Origin: Promethearchaeota archaeon
Lineage (GTDB): Archaea; Asgardarchaeota; Heimdallarchaeia; Hodarchaeales; Hodarchaeaceae
Length of the DNA stretch: 24,000 bases
NCBI GenBank assembly: GCA_048938105.1
Contig: JBHLMN010000023.1
Location: 80,079-104,078 of the forward strand
Direction: 5' to 3'
The position numbers were made by a program, and so were the translations under genes. The notes below the pieces were generated by a model. It was given only the letters and a program-made list of their open reading frames with translations, was not told the origin of the DNA and ran no database searches. This document shows positions 1-8,743 of the stretch, piece after piece (the first letter of the stretch is position 1; every line of letters starts with the position of its first letter).

Positions 1-267
1 TTGATGGGGCCGATAATAAAAAGTCCATTCTTGAAAAAGGAGCTTGGACAGATTTGTGTTTAATGCAGGTTTTCCAATATCAGCAACCAGGAAATTTGTC
101 CAGTGTCCCTTTATAGAAAGTAACTCACAATTTTCACACGCAGTAATATAAATATCACTCTTTTGTTTCAAAATTGGATGATTTTCGAGATAACATTGTT
201 GACATAACCGACTGAAGAAAATTTTGTGAGAACCGCACACAATACATTGGGGTGCCACATTATCCAT
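1..267 (-). CDS. NMD3-like 60S-subunit biogenesis/export adaptor homologue, N-terminal part only (gene runs off the window start)
   Basis: Absent from the ORF track because it has no stop in the window. A reverse-strand ATG at 267..265 opens an 89-codon stop-free frame reaching position 1: MDNVAPQCIVCGSHKIFFSRLCQQCYLENHPILKQKSDIYITACENCELLSIKGHW... It has three CxxC dyads (C8/C11, C22/C25, C44/C47) followed by GHW, spaced like the NMD3 N-terminal zinc domain. It lies next to other translation genes. Confidence 0.55.
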   Translation of the reverse strand, partial: MDNVAPQCIVCGSHKIFFSRLCQQCYLENHPILKQKSDIYITACENCELLSIKGHWTNFLVADIGKPALNTNLSKLLFQEWTFYYRPHQ

Positions 268-284
268 TGTAGGCCCTCCAATAC

Positions 285-662
285 TTATAATGGGGGGATA
301 GAGAATATCAACAAATGTGGAATCTTTTTTCCTTCTGATGAAGTAAACCAAAGAACTGCATCTTTATTGATGAGGTTTTTACTAATACCAAGTTCAATAA
401 CTGAACCTACAACATTAATGTTTGCATAATTTTTCATTAATTGTAGGGCATCCTGTGCTGCTATCTCTTGTCCCCTGTAAAAATCGGCTGGGATTTTCAT
501 TCGTGCCTTCTCGTTGAATATTTCTTGATCTAGCAGTGATTCATCACATAAAGCTAGTATTTCGACATTATTTTTTCGATGGATCTTGAAATATACACGG
601 ACAGGCGATGATGTAGTTTGAGAAGAATTATTTGACCGCAACACGGGCACCGCAAGCTTCAC
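285..662 (-). CDS. DUF424-family small archaeal protein
   Basis: 125-aa ORF. The core VRVYFKIHRKNNVEILALCDESLLDQEIF...IPADFYRGQEI...NINVVGSVIELGISKNLINKDAV...IPHLLIFSI matches my memory of the DUF424 pattern (V-K-x-H-R, AxCDxxLLG, FYxGE, NxVG, PH). The annotated ATG overlaps aIF2-beta by 35 nt. In-frame GTG/TTG codons a few codons downstream could be the true start. Confidence 0.6.
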   Translation of the reverse strand: MKLAVPVLRSNNSSQTTSSPVRVYFKIHRKNNVEILALCDESLLDQEIFNEKARMKIPADFYRGQEIAAQDALQLMKNYANINVVGSVIELGISKNLINKDAVLWFTSSEGKKIPHLLIFSIPPL

Positions 663-1044
663 AGACTTTAATTAAGATTCGTCCCTCTTTAAGAAGTTTA
701 GTATCAGGTTTTCCACATTCTTCACATAAAACGAACTCTTTCACATATGTTTCTAACTCACGATTAATCATGCCCTTGGAGAATTTCCCTTGTAAACATA
801 ATCGTCCTCTTTCTTCAGTCGAAGATGTGGCAAATTCTCTTGCTAAGTGCTTAGCCAGATGATCCGCCTCTTTTTCTCTGTTTAAAGTCTTGAGGATTCT
901 TGCCCAATCAGTTATCCACGTTTTATTTCCCTCTCTGAAGACATCTGCCTGCGGAATTTTAAAACGTGACTTTTCAAAAACCTGAGCTGGAAGATTGTTC
1001 CTAGCACGTTTAAGAGAAGCGAGATATTCTTTTTCAGTCGTCAT
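628..1044 (-). CDS. eif2b: Translation initiation factor aIF2 subunit beta
   Basis: 138 aa, the typical size. It has an eIF2-beta/eIF5-type core and a C-terminal C4 zinc ribbon, VLCEECGKPDTKLLKEGRILIKVCEACG (CxxC-x17-CxxC). Confidence 0.9.
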   Translation of the reverse strand: MTTEKEYLASLKRARNNLPAQVFEKSRFKIPQADVFREGNKTWITDWARILKTLNREKEADHLAKHLAREFATSSTEERGRLCLQGKFSKGMINRELETYVKEFVLCEECGKPDTKLLKEGRILIKVCEACGARVAVK

Positions 1045-1129
1045 AAAACTTCGAAATCCTTGGAGATTAAGTTGTTAGATTGATCTAGAGATGATTTTCT
1101 AACTCATTCCTTCTGACAGGAGCGAATCC

Positions 1130-1143
1130 AGCTAGCTTTTTAA
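1130..1143 (+). promoter_or_regulatory. Candidate promoter element: 8-bp palindrome AGCTAGCT fused to a TATA-like TTTTTAA, upstream of the GTPase gene
   Basis: AGCTAGCTTTTTAA lies 36 nt upstream of the ATG at 1179, in the divergent intergenic region between aIF2-beta and the GTPase gene. The identical 14-mer occurs on the minus strand at 18401-18414, upstream of another operon. Confidence 0.3.
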
Positions 1144-1178
1144 TCCTCTCGCTAGAAAGTTTAATAGAGCTGATTAAC

Positions 1179-1970
1179 ATGAGACGCCGAAAAGAACACC
1201 GACAAGTCTTTGAGTTAATCAGAAATAGCGATTTGGTATTGGAGATAATCGATGCTCGCTTTCCAGTACTTAGTCGTGTTTCTACAATTGAAAGACATCT
1301 GGAAAAAATAGGAATTCCGCTTATTATCGTTCTTAATAAGTGTGATCTGGTTCCTCGAAATATTTGTGATAGAGCAAAAACAGTTTTAAGTCAAGAATAC
1401 CCCACAGTATATATTTCTGCCAGAAACCGCCAAGGAACTAAAATTCTTAGACAAAAAATCGTACAGCTTTCTCAAAAGAAACAAGAGACTCATGTCTCAA
1501 TTGTTGGAATTCCAAATACCGGGAAAAGTAGTTTATTAAACATTCTTAGGGGGAAACATGTAGCTCCCACAGGATTGAAACCTGGTGTTACAAGACATTT
1601 ACAACTTGTCCGTGTATCAAAGCAAATCTTAATGTATGACACACCAGGTGTTGTACCTTTCGATCATCCTAGTAAGGAACTTCAAGTATTTATGGGAGCT
1701 GTTTCTATAGATAAGCTTGAAGACCCGCTAAAAACTTCATTTTTTTTTATTGATAGGATAAGAAAGCATTATTCTGAAGGGTTTATGCAACGGTATAATC
1801 TTCCCTCTCTATCCATAGATAATGAAGCAATAATTACTCATATTACTCAACAACGAGGAATGATTATGAAAGGTGCTCAACCAAATGTTACAGAAGCAGC
1901 AAAGGTGTTAATGCGTGAGTTTATAGCTGGACTATTCCCATATTGGGAAGAAATTATAGAAAATACCTAA
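1179..1970 (+). CDS. Circularly permuted GTPase of the YlqF/RbgA/YawG family (ribosome biogenesis)
   Basis: G4 NKCD (res 53-56) comes before G1 GIPNTGKS (res 110-117) and G3 DTPG (res 154-157). This G4-G1-G3 order defines the cpGTPase family. Confidence 0.8.
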   Translation: MRRRKEHRQVFELIRNSDLVLEIIDARFPVLSRVSTIERHLEKIGIPLIIVLNKCDLVPRNICDRAKTVLSQEYPTVYISARNRQGTKILRQKIVQLSQKKQETHVSIVGIPNTGKSSLLNILRGKHVAPTGLKPGVTRHLQLVRVSKQILMYDTPGVVPFDHPSKELQVFMGAVSIDKLEDPLKTSFFFIDRIRKHYSEGFMQRYNLPSLSIDNEAIITHITQQRGMIMKGAQPNVTEAAKVLMREFIAGLFPYWEEIIENT

Positions 1971-2186
1971 CCTTTATAACAAAATATCAGAGATTTTAGC
2001 AAAAACTTTGAATTTAAATCCTTTAATACCTATATAGGGGATTTTTTACGTCCATTCACGATCTACTTATTGTTATAAAGAGAATTTATCCTAATGTTTG
2101 ATTTTATATTCCTCTTACAAAAGAACGAAACAATTTTGAGAAGTTATTGTTTAGAGATTTATTAAATTAAATGCTGTTCATTCGGC

Positions 2187-3629
2187 GTGAAATCAATGAC
2201 GGATGAGTCTCTTTCTTCTATTGTTACGTATTCAACAGTATCAACAATTGCTGGGCCTCTCCTCTTTGTTAAAAATATAAAGGGGGTTTCTTACGGTGAA
2301 ATTGTAAGTGTATCTAGTCCAATCGGTGAAAGACGTACAGGCCAAGTGTTAGAAGTCTCTGAAGACATTGCAGTGGTTCAAGTCTTCGAAGGAACTCAGG
2401 GTCTTGATACCCAGAAAACATCCGTGAGATTTCTCGGTGAAACTATTAAAATTGCAGTAGCACAAGATATGCTTGGGCGAATCTTCTCTGGAAGTGGAAA
2501 AGTCATAGATGCAGGCCCTCAAATTTTTGCTGAGGAGCGTCTCGATATAACAGGAGCGCCTATTAATCCTTATGCACGAGAATACCCTCGAGAGTTCATC
2601 CAGACGGGTATTTCATCAATCGATGGCTTAAATACCCTTATTCGCGGCCAAAAGTTGCCCATTTTTTCAGGCAGCGGTCTTCCTCACAATAACATTGCAG
2701 CTCAAATAGCTAGACAGGCCAAGGTTCTAGGGAAAGAAGAGGAATTTGCGGTAATTTTTGCTGCAATGGGAATCACAACAGAAGAAGCACGATTTTTTCG
2801 TTCAGATTTTGAAAAAACTGGAGCTCTAGAACGAGTTATTCTATTTTTAAATCTTGCTGATTCCCCTGCTGCAGAACGATTGATTACTCCTAGGATAGCT
2901 CTTTCTACTGCTGAATATCTAGCATTTGAATATGATTATCACTGTTTAGTCATCCTTACTGATATGACAAACTATGCTGAAGCTCTACGTGAAATATCAG
3001 CGGCACGAGAGGAAGTTCCTGGACGACGAGGATATCCAGGGTATCTCTACACAGATTTAGCTACCATCTATGAGCGAGCGGGCCGAATAAAAGGCAAATT
3101 AGGAACAATTACTCAACTTCCGATTTTATCAATGCCTTCTGATGATATTACACACCCCATTCCCGATCTATCTGGTTATATCACAGAAGGTCAATTAATT
3201 ATAGATCGTGGTCTCCACCGAAGAGGGATTTACCCGCCTATTGACCCCATGCCCAGTCTTAGTCGTTTAATGCGTGAAGGCATAGGCCGAAATCGAACTC
3301 ATGTGACCCATAAGTCAGTATCAGATCAAATGTTTGCTGGGTATTCTATGGGTAGAAATCTGCGTGATCTCGTGGCAGTTGTGGGAGAAGAAAGCTTAAC
3401 TACTGTTGATAAGAAATACCTGGATTTTGCTGATAGATTTGAAAACGAATTTCTTCAACAGGATTATTATGAATCAAGGGAAGTATTTGAAACCCTTGAG
3501 CTAGCATGGGATTTATTATCAGATCTTCCAGAAGATGAATTAAAGAGAATTCCACCCAAAATGCTAAAAATGTATCATCCACGATATCGTGGAGATAGAA
3601 AACTCTCTATAGATGATCCTGAACCATAA
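2187..3629 (+). CDS. atpB: A/V-type ATP synthase subunit B (non-catalytic)
   Basis: Strongly conserved B-subunit blocks are present: [19 protein letters not shown] (degenerate P-loop), [46 protein letters not shown] and [15 protein letters not shown]. The track start is a GTG at 2187. An ATG at 2196 preceded by GGCGTGA is the more likely start. Confidence 0.92.
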   Translation: MKSMTDESLSSIVTYSTVSTIAGPLLFVKNIKGVSYGEIVSVSSPIGERRTGQVLEVSEDIAVVQVFEGTQGLDTQKTSVRFLGETIKIAVAQDMLGRIFSGSGKVIDAGPQIFAEERLDITGAPINPYAREYPREFIQTGISSIDGLNTLIRGQKLPIFSGSGLPHNNIAAQIARQAKVLGKEEEFAVIFAAMGITTEEARFFRSDFEKTGALERVILFLNLADSPAAERLITPRIALSTAEYLAFEYDYHCLVILTDMTNYAEALREISAAREEVPGRRGYPGYLYTDLATIYERAGRIKGKLGTITQLPILSMPSDDITHPIPDLSGYITEGQLIIDRGLHRRGIYPPIDPMPSLSRLMREGIGRNRTHVTHKSVSDQMFAGYSMGRNLRDLVAVVGEESLTTVDKKYLDFADRFENEFLQQDYYESREVFETLELAWDLLSDLPEDELKRIPPKMLKMYHPRYRGDRKLSIDDPEP

Positions 3630-3643
3630 TTAAATTACTAGAC

Positions 3644-3648
3644 TTTTT
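3644..3648 (+). terminator. Oligo-T tract, possible archaeal intrinsic terminator for atpB
   Basis: A TTTTT run sits 15 nt after the atpB stop (gacTTTTTctatttg). Archaeal RNAP terminates at oligo-T. This is weak evidence in an AT-rich genome. Confidence 0.3.
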
Positions 3649-3896
3649 CTATTTGTATGATTCGCTTAAAGAAAAAAGATAAAGATAAAATATTACCACA
3701 TTGCTTAAAAATAAGATACATGAATGTAAAAATTAAATAAAAAAAATAAAACTCAAAAAAAAATAGTGTAAGCTATAAAATATTAGATTGCCATTCCCAT
3801 AAACAGATAATTAGTAGTACGAAAAATATGTAAGCTGATAGTTCACAAAGAAAAACAGTAATTATCTCTTGTCAAACAAATGGGTGAAGATGAACT

Positions 3897-5147
3897 ATGG
3901 TTAGTTGGAAGGTTATGTTTGCTTTAGGGGCACAGGATGAGGAAATTGAGTTATTTGATGCAGCAACCTTAGTTGATTGGGATCCAGAATTTAAAGGGGA
4001 GCTTATCGCTAGCTTCTTCAAAACTGACTACACTTGGATACCAGGATTAAAATCAGTGACACGAGATGATGTAATGTTCTCCCCTAAGAATTTCTTTGTA
4101 GTAGTAGGAAGGAAGTGGGGAGAATCTCAAACTCAAAGCATCCCATTGGGAGTACTTTTCGAGTTTACCGAGGGAGATCTACGATTACGAGGAGTAGGCC
4201 CAAAAAGCTTGTCAGAAAAAGCTGGAGGTGATAGTAACCTCCTTTTAAACTTAGTATCTGATCTTTTCGACAAACCTGATTTATGGAAAAGCAAAATCAG
4301 CATTTCTGCTAAGCCAAAAAGTGAATGGAAGGTAATTAGTGACATAATTGGAGAAGAACCTTGGCTTTTAATTGAGCAAGGCCGTAGAATAATGAAAACA
4401 GATCCTAGGAGAGCTATGGAAAATTTCACAAAAGCTTATAAAATATTCGACATTTTAACAGATATTAACGGTAAATTTCATGCAGTATTCGCCCAAGCTG
4501 AGTTATCACTTGATTCTATGAATTTTGATCTCACTAAAAATAGATTAGAATCGTTATGGGAGTTTACAAGTCAGTTAGGCGACCCCATGCTTGAAGAAAA
4601 CATTTTATCAACTGAGGGTATTCTTCTATACGAAAATCATCTCTATGAGCAGGCTATTGCAAAATTTGAACAAGCTTTAGAACGTGCAAAAAAAGCCAAT
4701 ATTCACAAAGCAGTTGTTAACGCTTATTGTAATATTGGTGAATGCTACTTTCGTGTCCAAAAATATGAAGAAGCAATGAAAAATTTTGATAAATCTCGTT
4801 CGTTAGCTGAATCAAGACAGGATCGTTATTCTCTTGCTATGTCTCAAGTTAATTTAGCTAAAGTATTGAAACAGTATGTACGGCAAGGGGATAGTTCTAG
4901 TGCTGCTCAAGCGGTATATTATCTTGAAGAAGCTATTCAGCTCTTTGAGGAGCTTGATGATAAAAAAGGACTTCTAATTGCACATGGTTTATTTGGGGAG
5001 ATTGAAGGACTACAAGGAAGTTTTGAAAAAGCTCTAATGCACTTTGAATTTGCAGCTGAAAAGGCTCAAACAACAAACGAACATCAGTTTCAAGAATTTT
5101 ATAGACAAAAAGCTCAAGAAATGAAAGATAGGCTTTACGACCTCTAA
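3897..5147 (+). CDS. TPR-repeat protein with an uncharacterised N-terminal domain of about 170 aa
   Basis: The C-terminal half carries several 34-40-aa TPR-like helical hairpins, e.g. AVVNAYCNIGECYFRVQKYEEAMKNFDKSRSLAE, YSLAMSQVNLAKVLKQY and LLIAHGLFGEIEGLQGSFEKALMHFEFAAEKA. The N-terminal part has no motif I recognise. GGTGA lies 9 nt upstream of the ATG. Confidence 0.6.
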   Translation: MVSWKVMFALGAQDEEIELFDAATLVDWDPEFKGELIASFFKTDYTWIPGLKSVTRDDVMFSPKNFFVVVGRKWGESQTQSIPLGVLFEFTEGDLRLRGVGPKSLSEKAGGDSNLLLNLVSDLFDKPDLWKSKISISAKPKSEWKVISDIIGEEPWLLIEQGRRIMKTDPRRAMENFTKAYKIFDILTDINGKFHAVFAQAELSLDSMNFDLTKNRLESLWEFTSQLGDPMLEENILSTEGILLYENHLYEQAIAKFEQALERAKKANIHKAVVNAYCNIGECYFRVQKYEEAMKNFDKSRSLAESRQDRYSLAMSQVNLAKVLKQYVRQGDSSSAAQAVYYLEEAIQLFEELDDKKGLLIAHGLFGEIEGLQGSFEKALMHFEFAAEKAQTTNEHQFQEFYRQKAQEMKDRLYDL

Positions 5148-5199
5148 ATAATCGGTTCTAACATCACTTAATTCTCCCCTCTTTGATTATATCGTGTTT

Positions 5200-5604
5200 T
5201 TATCCGAGAATTTCACCAATTTTTTTTGCAGCTTGTTTCATATCAAGGAATATCAGCCCTAATTTCACAGAACGACTTGCTGAAGTTGTTAAGACAGCTT
5301 TTGTCCCTGCTTGGACTGAAATTAAGTATCCACTGTCTCCCTCAACTAAGATACGTGTCATTTCCCCTTTCCCAGTTTCCATCACAGCTCTTTCACCCAA
5401 ACTTAAGATAGCTGCCGTCATCGCCGCCACTCGCACGTCATCCAACCCTGAAGGCAGTGTTGGAGGCCAGGATGAAATTGGTAACCCCTCTAAGGATACT
5501 ACAGAGGCAAAATCTATTGCTGGTAGTTTACTTACAAAACCTTCTAGCACTTCTGCTATTTCTTTGTGTACTTGGGTATCTGTTTCACTATCTGGAATGT
5601 ACAC
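5200..5604 (-). CDS. Roadblock/LC7 (MglB-like) domain protein
   Basis: 134 aa. The pattern is typical of Roadblock/LC7: IDFASVVSLEGLPISS...DDVRVAAMTAAILSLGERAVMETGKGEMTRILVEGDSGYLISVQAG. It has a GTG start with in-frame stops immediately upstream. Confidence 0.7.
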   Translation of the reverse strand: MYIPDSETDTQVHKEIAEVLEGFVSKLPAIDFASVVSLEGLPISSWPPTLPSGLDDVRVAAMTAAILSLGERAVMETGKGEMTRILVEGDSGYLISVQAGTKAVLTTSASRSVKLGLIFLDMKQAAKKIGEILG

Positions 5605-6040
5605 TTATTACACCCCTACTATGAGTAATTCTTGTAACATTTTCTTGAATTTTTGCATCTCTCATAACGTTATTTCGAATTTCTATCATTCTTGTTACAA
5701 TTGATGTCGTTGTATATTCTTAATTTGGGCGACTTATGTGAATATTATAACTCTAATATATAAGAATTCTTATTCCTAAAAATCTTACAGGATCAATGAT
5801 TCTTAGGAAATATCATCTTCTAACAATCAAAGCAGATCAAGGATAAGAAAATCAGTAAAGAAAAAATAAGTGCCTGACATGTAGATGTTATAATGTGAAT
5901 CTTAAGGCATTGAATATTTAAAGCACAATCAACGAGTGTAAATCAGTTTATTATTTCTTTGAGATGAATTGTTTCCTTTAGTTGGTATTTTTGTCGAGAG
6001 ATGAACCAAGTGCTAGATGTTGCTTTTCTTCTAGAATCAT

Positions 6041-6628
6041 TCAAGCTCTGGCTATTTGAGACTCTTTAGTTCCATAAAGCTGAATCATAAGGATTTCACG
6101 AGCTAATGATTGAAATGCACGTTTGACTCCGAGACCCGTGGTCGCAACGGTCTCATAGATGGGATAATCTTGGATTTTCAACTTGCTTACCAGCTCTGAT
6201 CTAGGTAAAGCATCCTGTACATCTCGCTTGTTAAGAGTAATCACAAGAGGGATGGTTTTTCCTAGTTGATCACCTAAACGCATTTTCAACTCATTGAAAG
6301 ATTCCACGTTCTCTTGAAATTGGGAAGCACTAGAATCGACAACAAAAATAAGACCATCTACTCCTCGTATCACTATCTTACGTTGGTGTTTGTGACGTTC
6401 TTGACCTGCAGTTGTATATACATCAAAAACAACACCTGTAGTTGCTTGCATTGGGACGAAATCGAAAAATAAGGTACGACCCGTGGGATCGGCTAATTGA
6501 GTAAATTTCCCTTTTTCAAGTCCATCCACTTTTTTATACAACCAAGCTAATGTTGTTGTTTTCCCACCCAGAGATGGGCCATAGAATACAACTTTGAATC
6601 GATGACGACCTTCTGCATCCTTTCTCAA
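6041..6628 (-). CDS. MglA-family Ras-like small GTPase
   Basis: It aligns block by block with Myxococcus MglA as I remember it: FYGPSLGGKTTTL (P-loop), RTLFFDFVPM (vs RTLFFDFLPL), YTTAGQERHKHQRKIVIRGVDGLIFVVDS (vs [29 protein letters not shown]), NKRD (G4) and ATTGLGVKRAFQSLAREIL. Confidence 0.88.
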   Translation of the reverse strand: MRKDAEGRHRFKVVFYGPSLGGKTTTLAWLYKKVDGLEKGKFTQLADPTGRTLFFDFVPMQATTGVVFDVYTTAGQERHKHQRKIVIRGVDGLIFVVDSSASQFQENVESFNELKMRLGDQLGKTIPLVITLNKRDVQDALPRSELVSKLKIQDYPIYETVATTGLGVKRAFQSLAREILMIQLYGTKESQIARA

Positions 6629-6674
6629 GAAATAAGTCTCCTCTGAAGGTTAGGAGTCGTGATTCAGAAATCTT

Positions 6675-7181
6675 TTAGAATTTTTCAAGTTCACGTAATG
6701 CTGCTTCTAGTTCATCTTTCTCAAGGCTTGTACGAATCTCAGGAGTCGCAGAAGCCACCCCTCCAACTGGTCGTGTGGGTTTTCCAGCTAGAAATTCGTC
6801 CAAAATATTACTGAGTTCTTCATTGGCTTTTCTCATGAGTAGACGGATCATTCCAATATTGACATCAGCATCAGATATGATTGTCAAAATTCCACGCCCG
6901 CAGGCACTTGCGAAGATCTTACCAGTATCAAACTCTGAAGTAACAATATCTAGGCCACCAATAGTTAGATTCAGGCCCTGTTCTGCAGATGCCATAAACA
7001 CAGCTGAAGCAATAGCCCCAATACCATCTACATCAACACTTACATAGCTGAATTTAGAGACGTGGGCAATTGTAAGACCAGTTCGATCAACAAGAATCAC
7101 TTTTTTTATGCCTGGTTCGCTTTTTATGATCTTACTAAGTACAGTGTCAAATCTTCTGGGATCTATCATGGTTATTACCAA
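6675..7181 (-). CDS. Roadblock/LC7 domain protein, MglB-like partner of the downstream GTPase
   Basis: 168 aa. The Roadblock pattern is GIKKVILVDRTGLTIAHVS...DGIGAIASAVFMASAEQGLNLTIGGLDIVTSEFDTGKIFASACGRGILTIISD. It lies 46 nt upstream of the MglA-like gene on the same strand. The track start is a TTG at 7181; an alternative ATG is at 7169. Confidence 0.75.
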   Translation of the reverse strand: MVITMIDPRRFDTVLSKIIKSEPGIKKVILVDRTGLTIAHVSKFSYVSVDVDGIGAIASAVFMASAEQGLNLTIGGLDIVTSEFDTGKIFASACGRGILTIISDADVNIGMIRLLMRKANEELSNILDEFLAGKPTRPVGGVASATPEIRTSLEKDELEAALRELEKF

Positions 7182-7418
7182 TATTTTCTTTTATTTTGAA
7201 ATTCCTCGGCTCTTAATGAGGAATTAGCTTGAATAACCACACACAGGTCATTTATATGTGATTATGTATTATGATTTATTCTTATCCTTTTAACTTTTTT
7301 TAATTTCTCTAAAAAAAGGTTCTTATTTTGAATTTAGCTACTCGTTTTTAGAGACTTGCGAAGATGGCAATGAAAAAGGGCCTATGATGAGCTGAATATC
7401 ATTTTTATATGGTGATTT

Positions 7419-8246
7419 TCATAATAAAATCACCATGAACAATAATACAAGATTTCCAAAAAGAATATCAATAAAAAATCCTAACATCAAAATAAAAATG
7501 AACGGAAGTGATGGTTGAACCCAAATAGAACGTTTTTCTGTAATTTGAATCAAAGAGATTAGATTCTGCTTTCTTGTAAGATCAGCTTCAGGTGTATCAA
7601 GGCGTGTCCGAAACGATATACTCCATCCACCTTCCTCTTTAAATTCTTCTAAAAAATCAATATGCCATGGTCTTTCTTCCAATTCTTTGGCAAGATTTTG
7701 AGTCAGTCGCGGATACCCAATGAAGCGAATAGAAAATCGTTTCCACATTGATTCGTTTGAAATTATATAAAGGTCGGGATATAAACGCTGATTTACAACA
7801 TTATAGCCAAAAATCAGAAATGGTATAGGAAGTGCAATAAAATAAGCGTTGAAGAAAGTTCCAAGGATTCTTGGAGTAATTGAAATAAGAATCTCGTAAA
7901 CAGGATCTTGAAAAAGGATTAGTGGGGGAGAAATGGGAGAAATAAATCCAATAGCGATAAAGGCGATTCGATCTGCTTCCCCACCCAACCCAGAGAAAGT
8001 TAAAAATAGAGCTAGACCGAGAGAAAAACCGATATTTACTACCCAAATCATAAAATATTCAAGAATAGTCTCTTTGGCTAAAATTAGTAAGATTAATTGA
8101 AAAATATGAATTACAATACCTCCAACAATCATGCTTAGCCAAATCCAATCCGCTACTTCCCGAGTTTTAATATCGTGCCATGATCCTATAGACAAGAATA
8201 AGAAAGCAAAAATTAAGAGAATAATATTCAATTCTGATCCAATCAT
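7419..8246 (-). CDS. A24-family aspartic prepilin/pre-archaellin signal peptidase (FlaK/PibD-like) with a soluble insertion
   Basis: A polytopic membrane protein. The first catalytic-Asp motif is SWHDIKTREVADWIW (D25) and the second is GLGGEADRIAF (D92, GxGD-like). A hydrophilic segment of about 70 aa (res ~165-235) lies between TM helices, as in FlaK. Confidence 0.65.
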   Translation of the reverse strand: MIGSELNIILLIFAFLFLSIGSWHDIKTREVADWIWLSMIVGGIVIHIFQLILLILAKETILEYFMIWVVNIGFSLGLALFLTFSGLGGEADRIAFIAIGFISPISPPLILFQDPVYEILISITPRILGTFFNAYFIALPIPFLIFGYNVVNQRLYPDLYIISNESMWKRFSIRFIGYPRLTQNLAKELEERPWHIDFLEEFKEEGGWSISFRTRLDTPEADLTRKQNLISLIQITEKRSIWVQPSLPFIFILMLGFFIDILFGNLVLLFMVILL

Positions 8247-8689
8247 CTGACATTAAACCTTTACATGGTTAATTTCAGGTCATTATTCTAAGAATTGTTT
8301 ACCCATTTTTATGATTAATGAGGTAAGAACTACCCTGGTTCCTCAGTTCAAGAATTATGGATTTCACATTTTTATCTATGAGAATAATCTACCTGGAGTA
8401 TCATTTTAATTACGACTTTTTCTCTCAACAGACCTTTGAAACCGTTTCAACAAGACAATTAAACCTTATGGCCCAAGAGTATCAAATATATCAATTGGAA
8501 TGAATTTCAAGAGTTATTATTCATGTATTTAAAAATTTGAAAGATCTGCAGAGTCTCAAAAGGGGTAATTCTAAAGAATTTTGGGTTGTACTCATTTATA
8601 ACGGAGTGGTAGGTAGATCAAGAGAAAAAACTATGAAATATTTGAATATACTTAAAATCCCTTAAAGGAGTCCTCTAAGGATAGCATAA

Positions 8690-8697
8690 TATATAAA
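8690..8697 (+). promoter_or_regulatory. TATA-like box (TATATAAA) upstream of the tRNA gene
   Basis: It lies about 50 nt upstream of the tRNA 5' end. This would give a transcript start near 8720 and a short leader for RNase P. AT-rich context makes this weak. Confidence 0.25.
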
Positions 8698-8743
8698 TCT
8701 AAATCTTTTTGAGCCCCTTGCTTTAAAGGCCCTTCCGAAAAAA

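Noticed and set aside
226-862. Plus-strand ORFs 226-429 and 632-862
   Set aside because: They are antisense to the DUF424/NMD3-like and aIF2-beta genes, which have recognisable motifs. The plus-strand translations have none.
3400-4429. Minus-strand ORFs 3400-3582 and 4133-4429
   Set aside because: They lie antisense inside atpB and the TPR gene respectively, with no motifs. They are shadow ORFs.
5183-5704. 173-aa plus-strand ORF (and the nested 5226-5411 ORF) overlapping the Roadblock gene
   Set aside because: It lies entirely antisense to a CDS with a clear Roadblock/LC7 signature. Its translation is low-complexity (Ser/Ile/Pro-rich) with no motif. This is a typical shadow ORF.
7385-7396. 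C-box-like ATGATGA followed by CTGA (possible C/D box sRNA)
   Set aside because: The CTGA follows the C-box after only 1 nt, leaving no guide region. No matching C'/D pair occurs at the right spacing, and the site abuts the peptidase gene's 3' end.
7411-7434. Perfect 9-bp hairpin GGTGATTTT-cataat-AAAATCACC spanning the peptidase stop codon (possible terminator)
   Set aside because: No oligo-U tract follows it on the transcribed (minus) strand. Archaeal termination depends mainly on T-tracts, and one arm is simply the last sense codons. It could be chance in AT-rich sequence.
6775-8046. ORFs 6775-7047 (+) and 7801-8046 (-)
   Set aside because: The first is antisense to the MglB-like Roadblock gene. 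The second is an out-of-frame ORF nested in the same-strand A24 peptidase gene. Neither has an independent signature.
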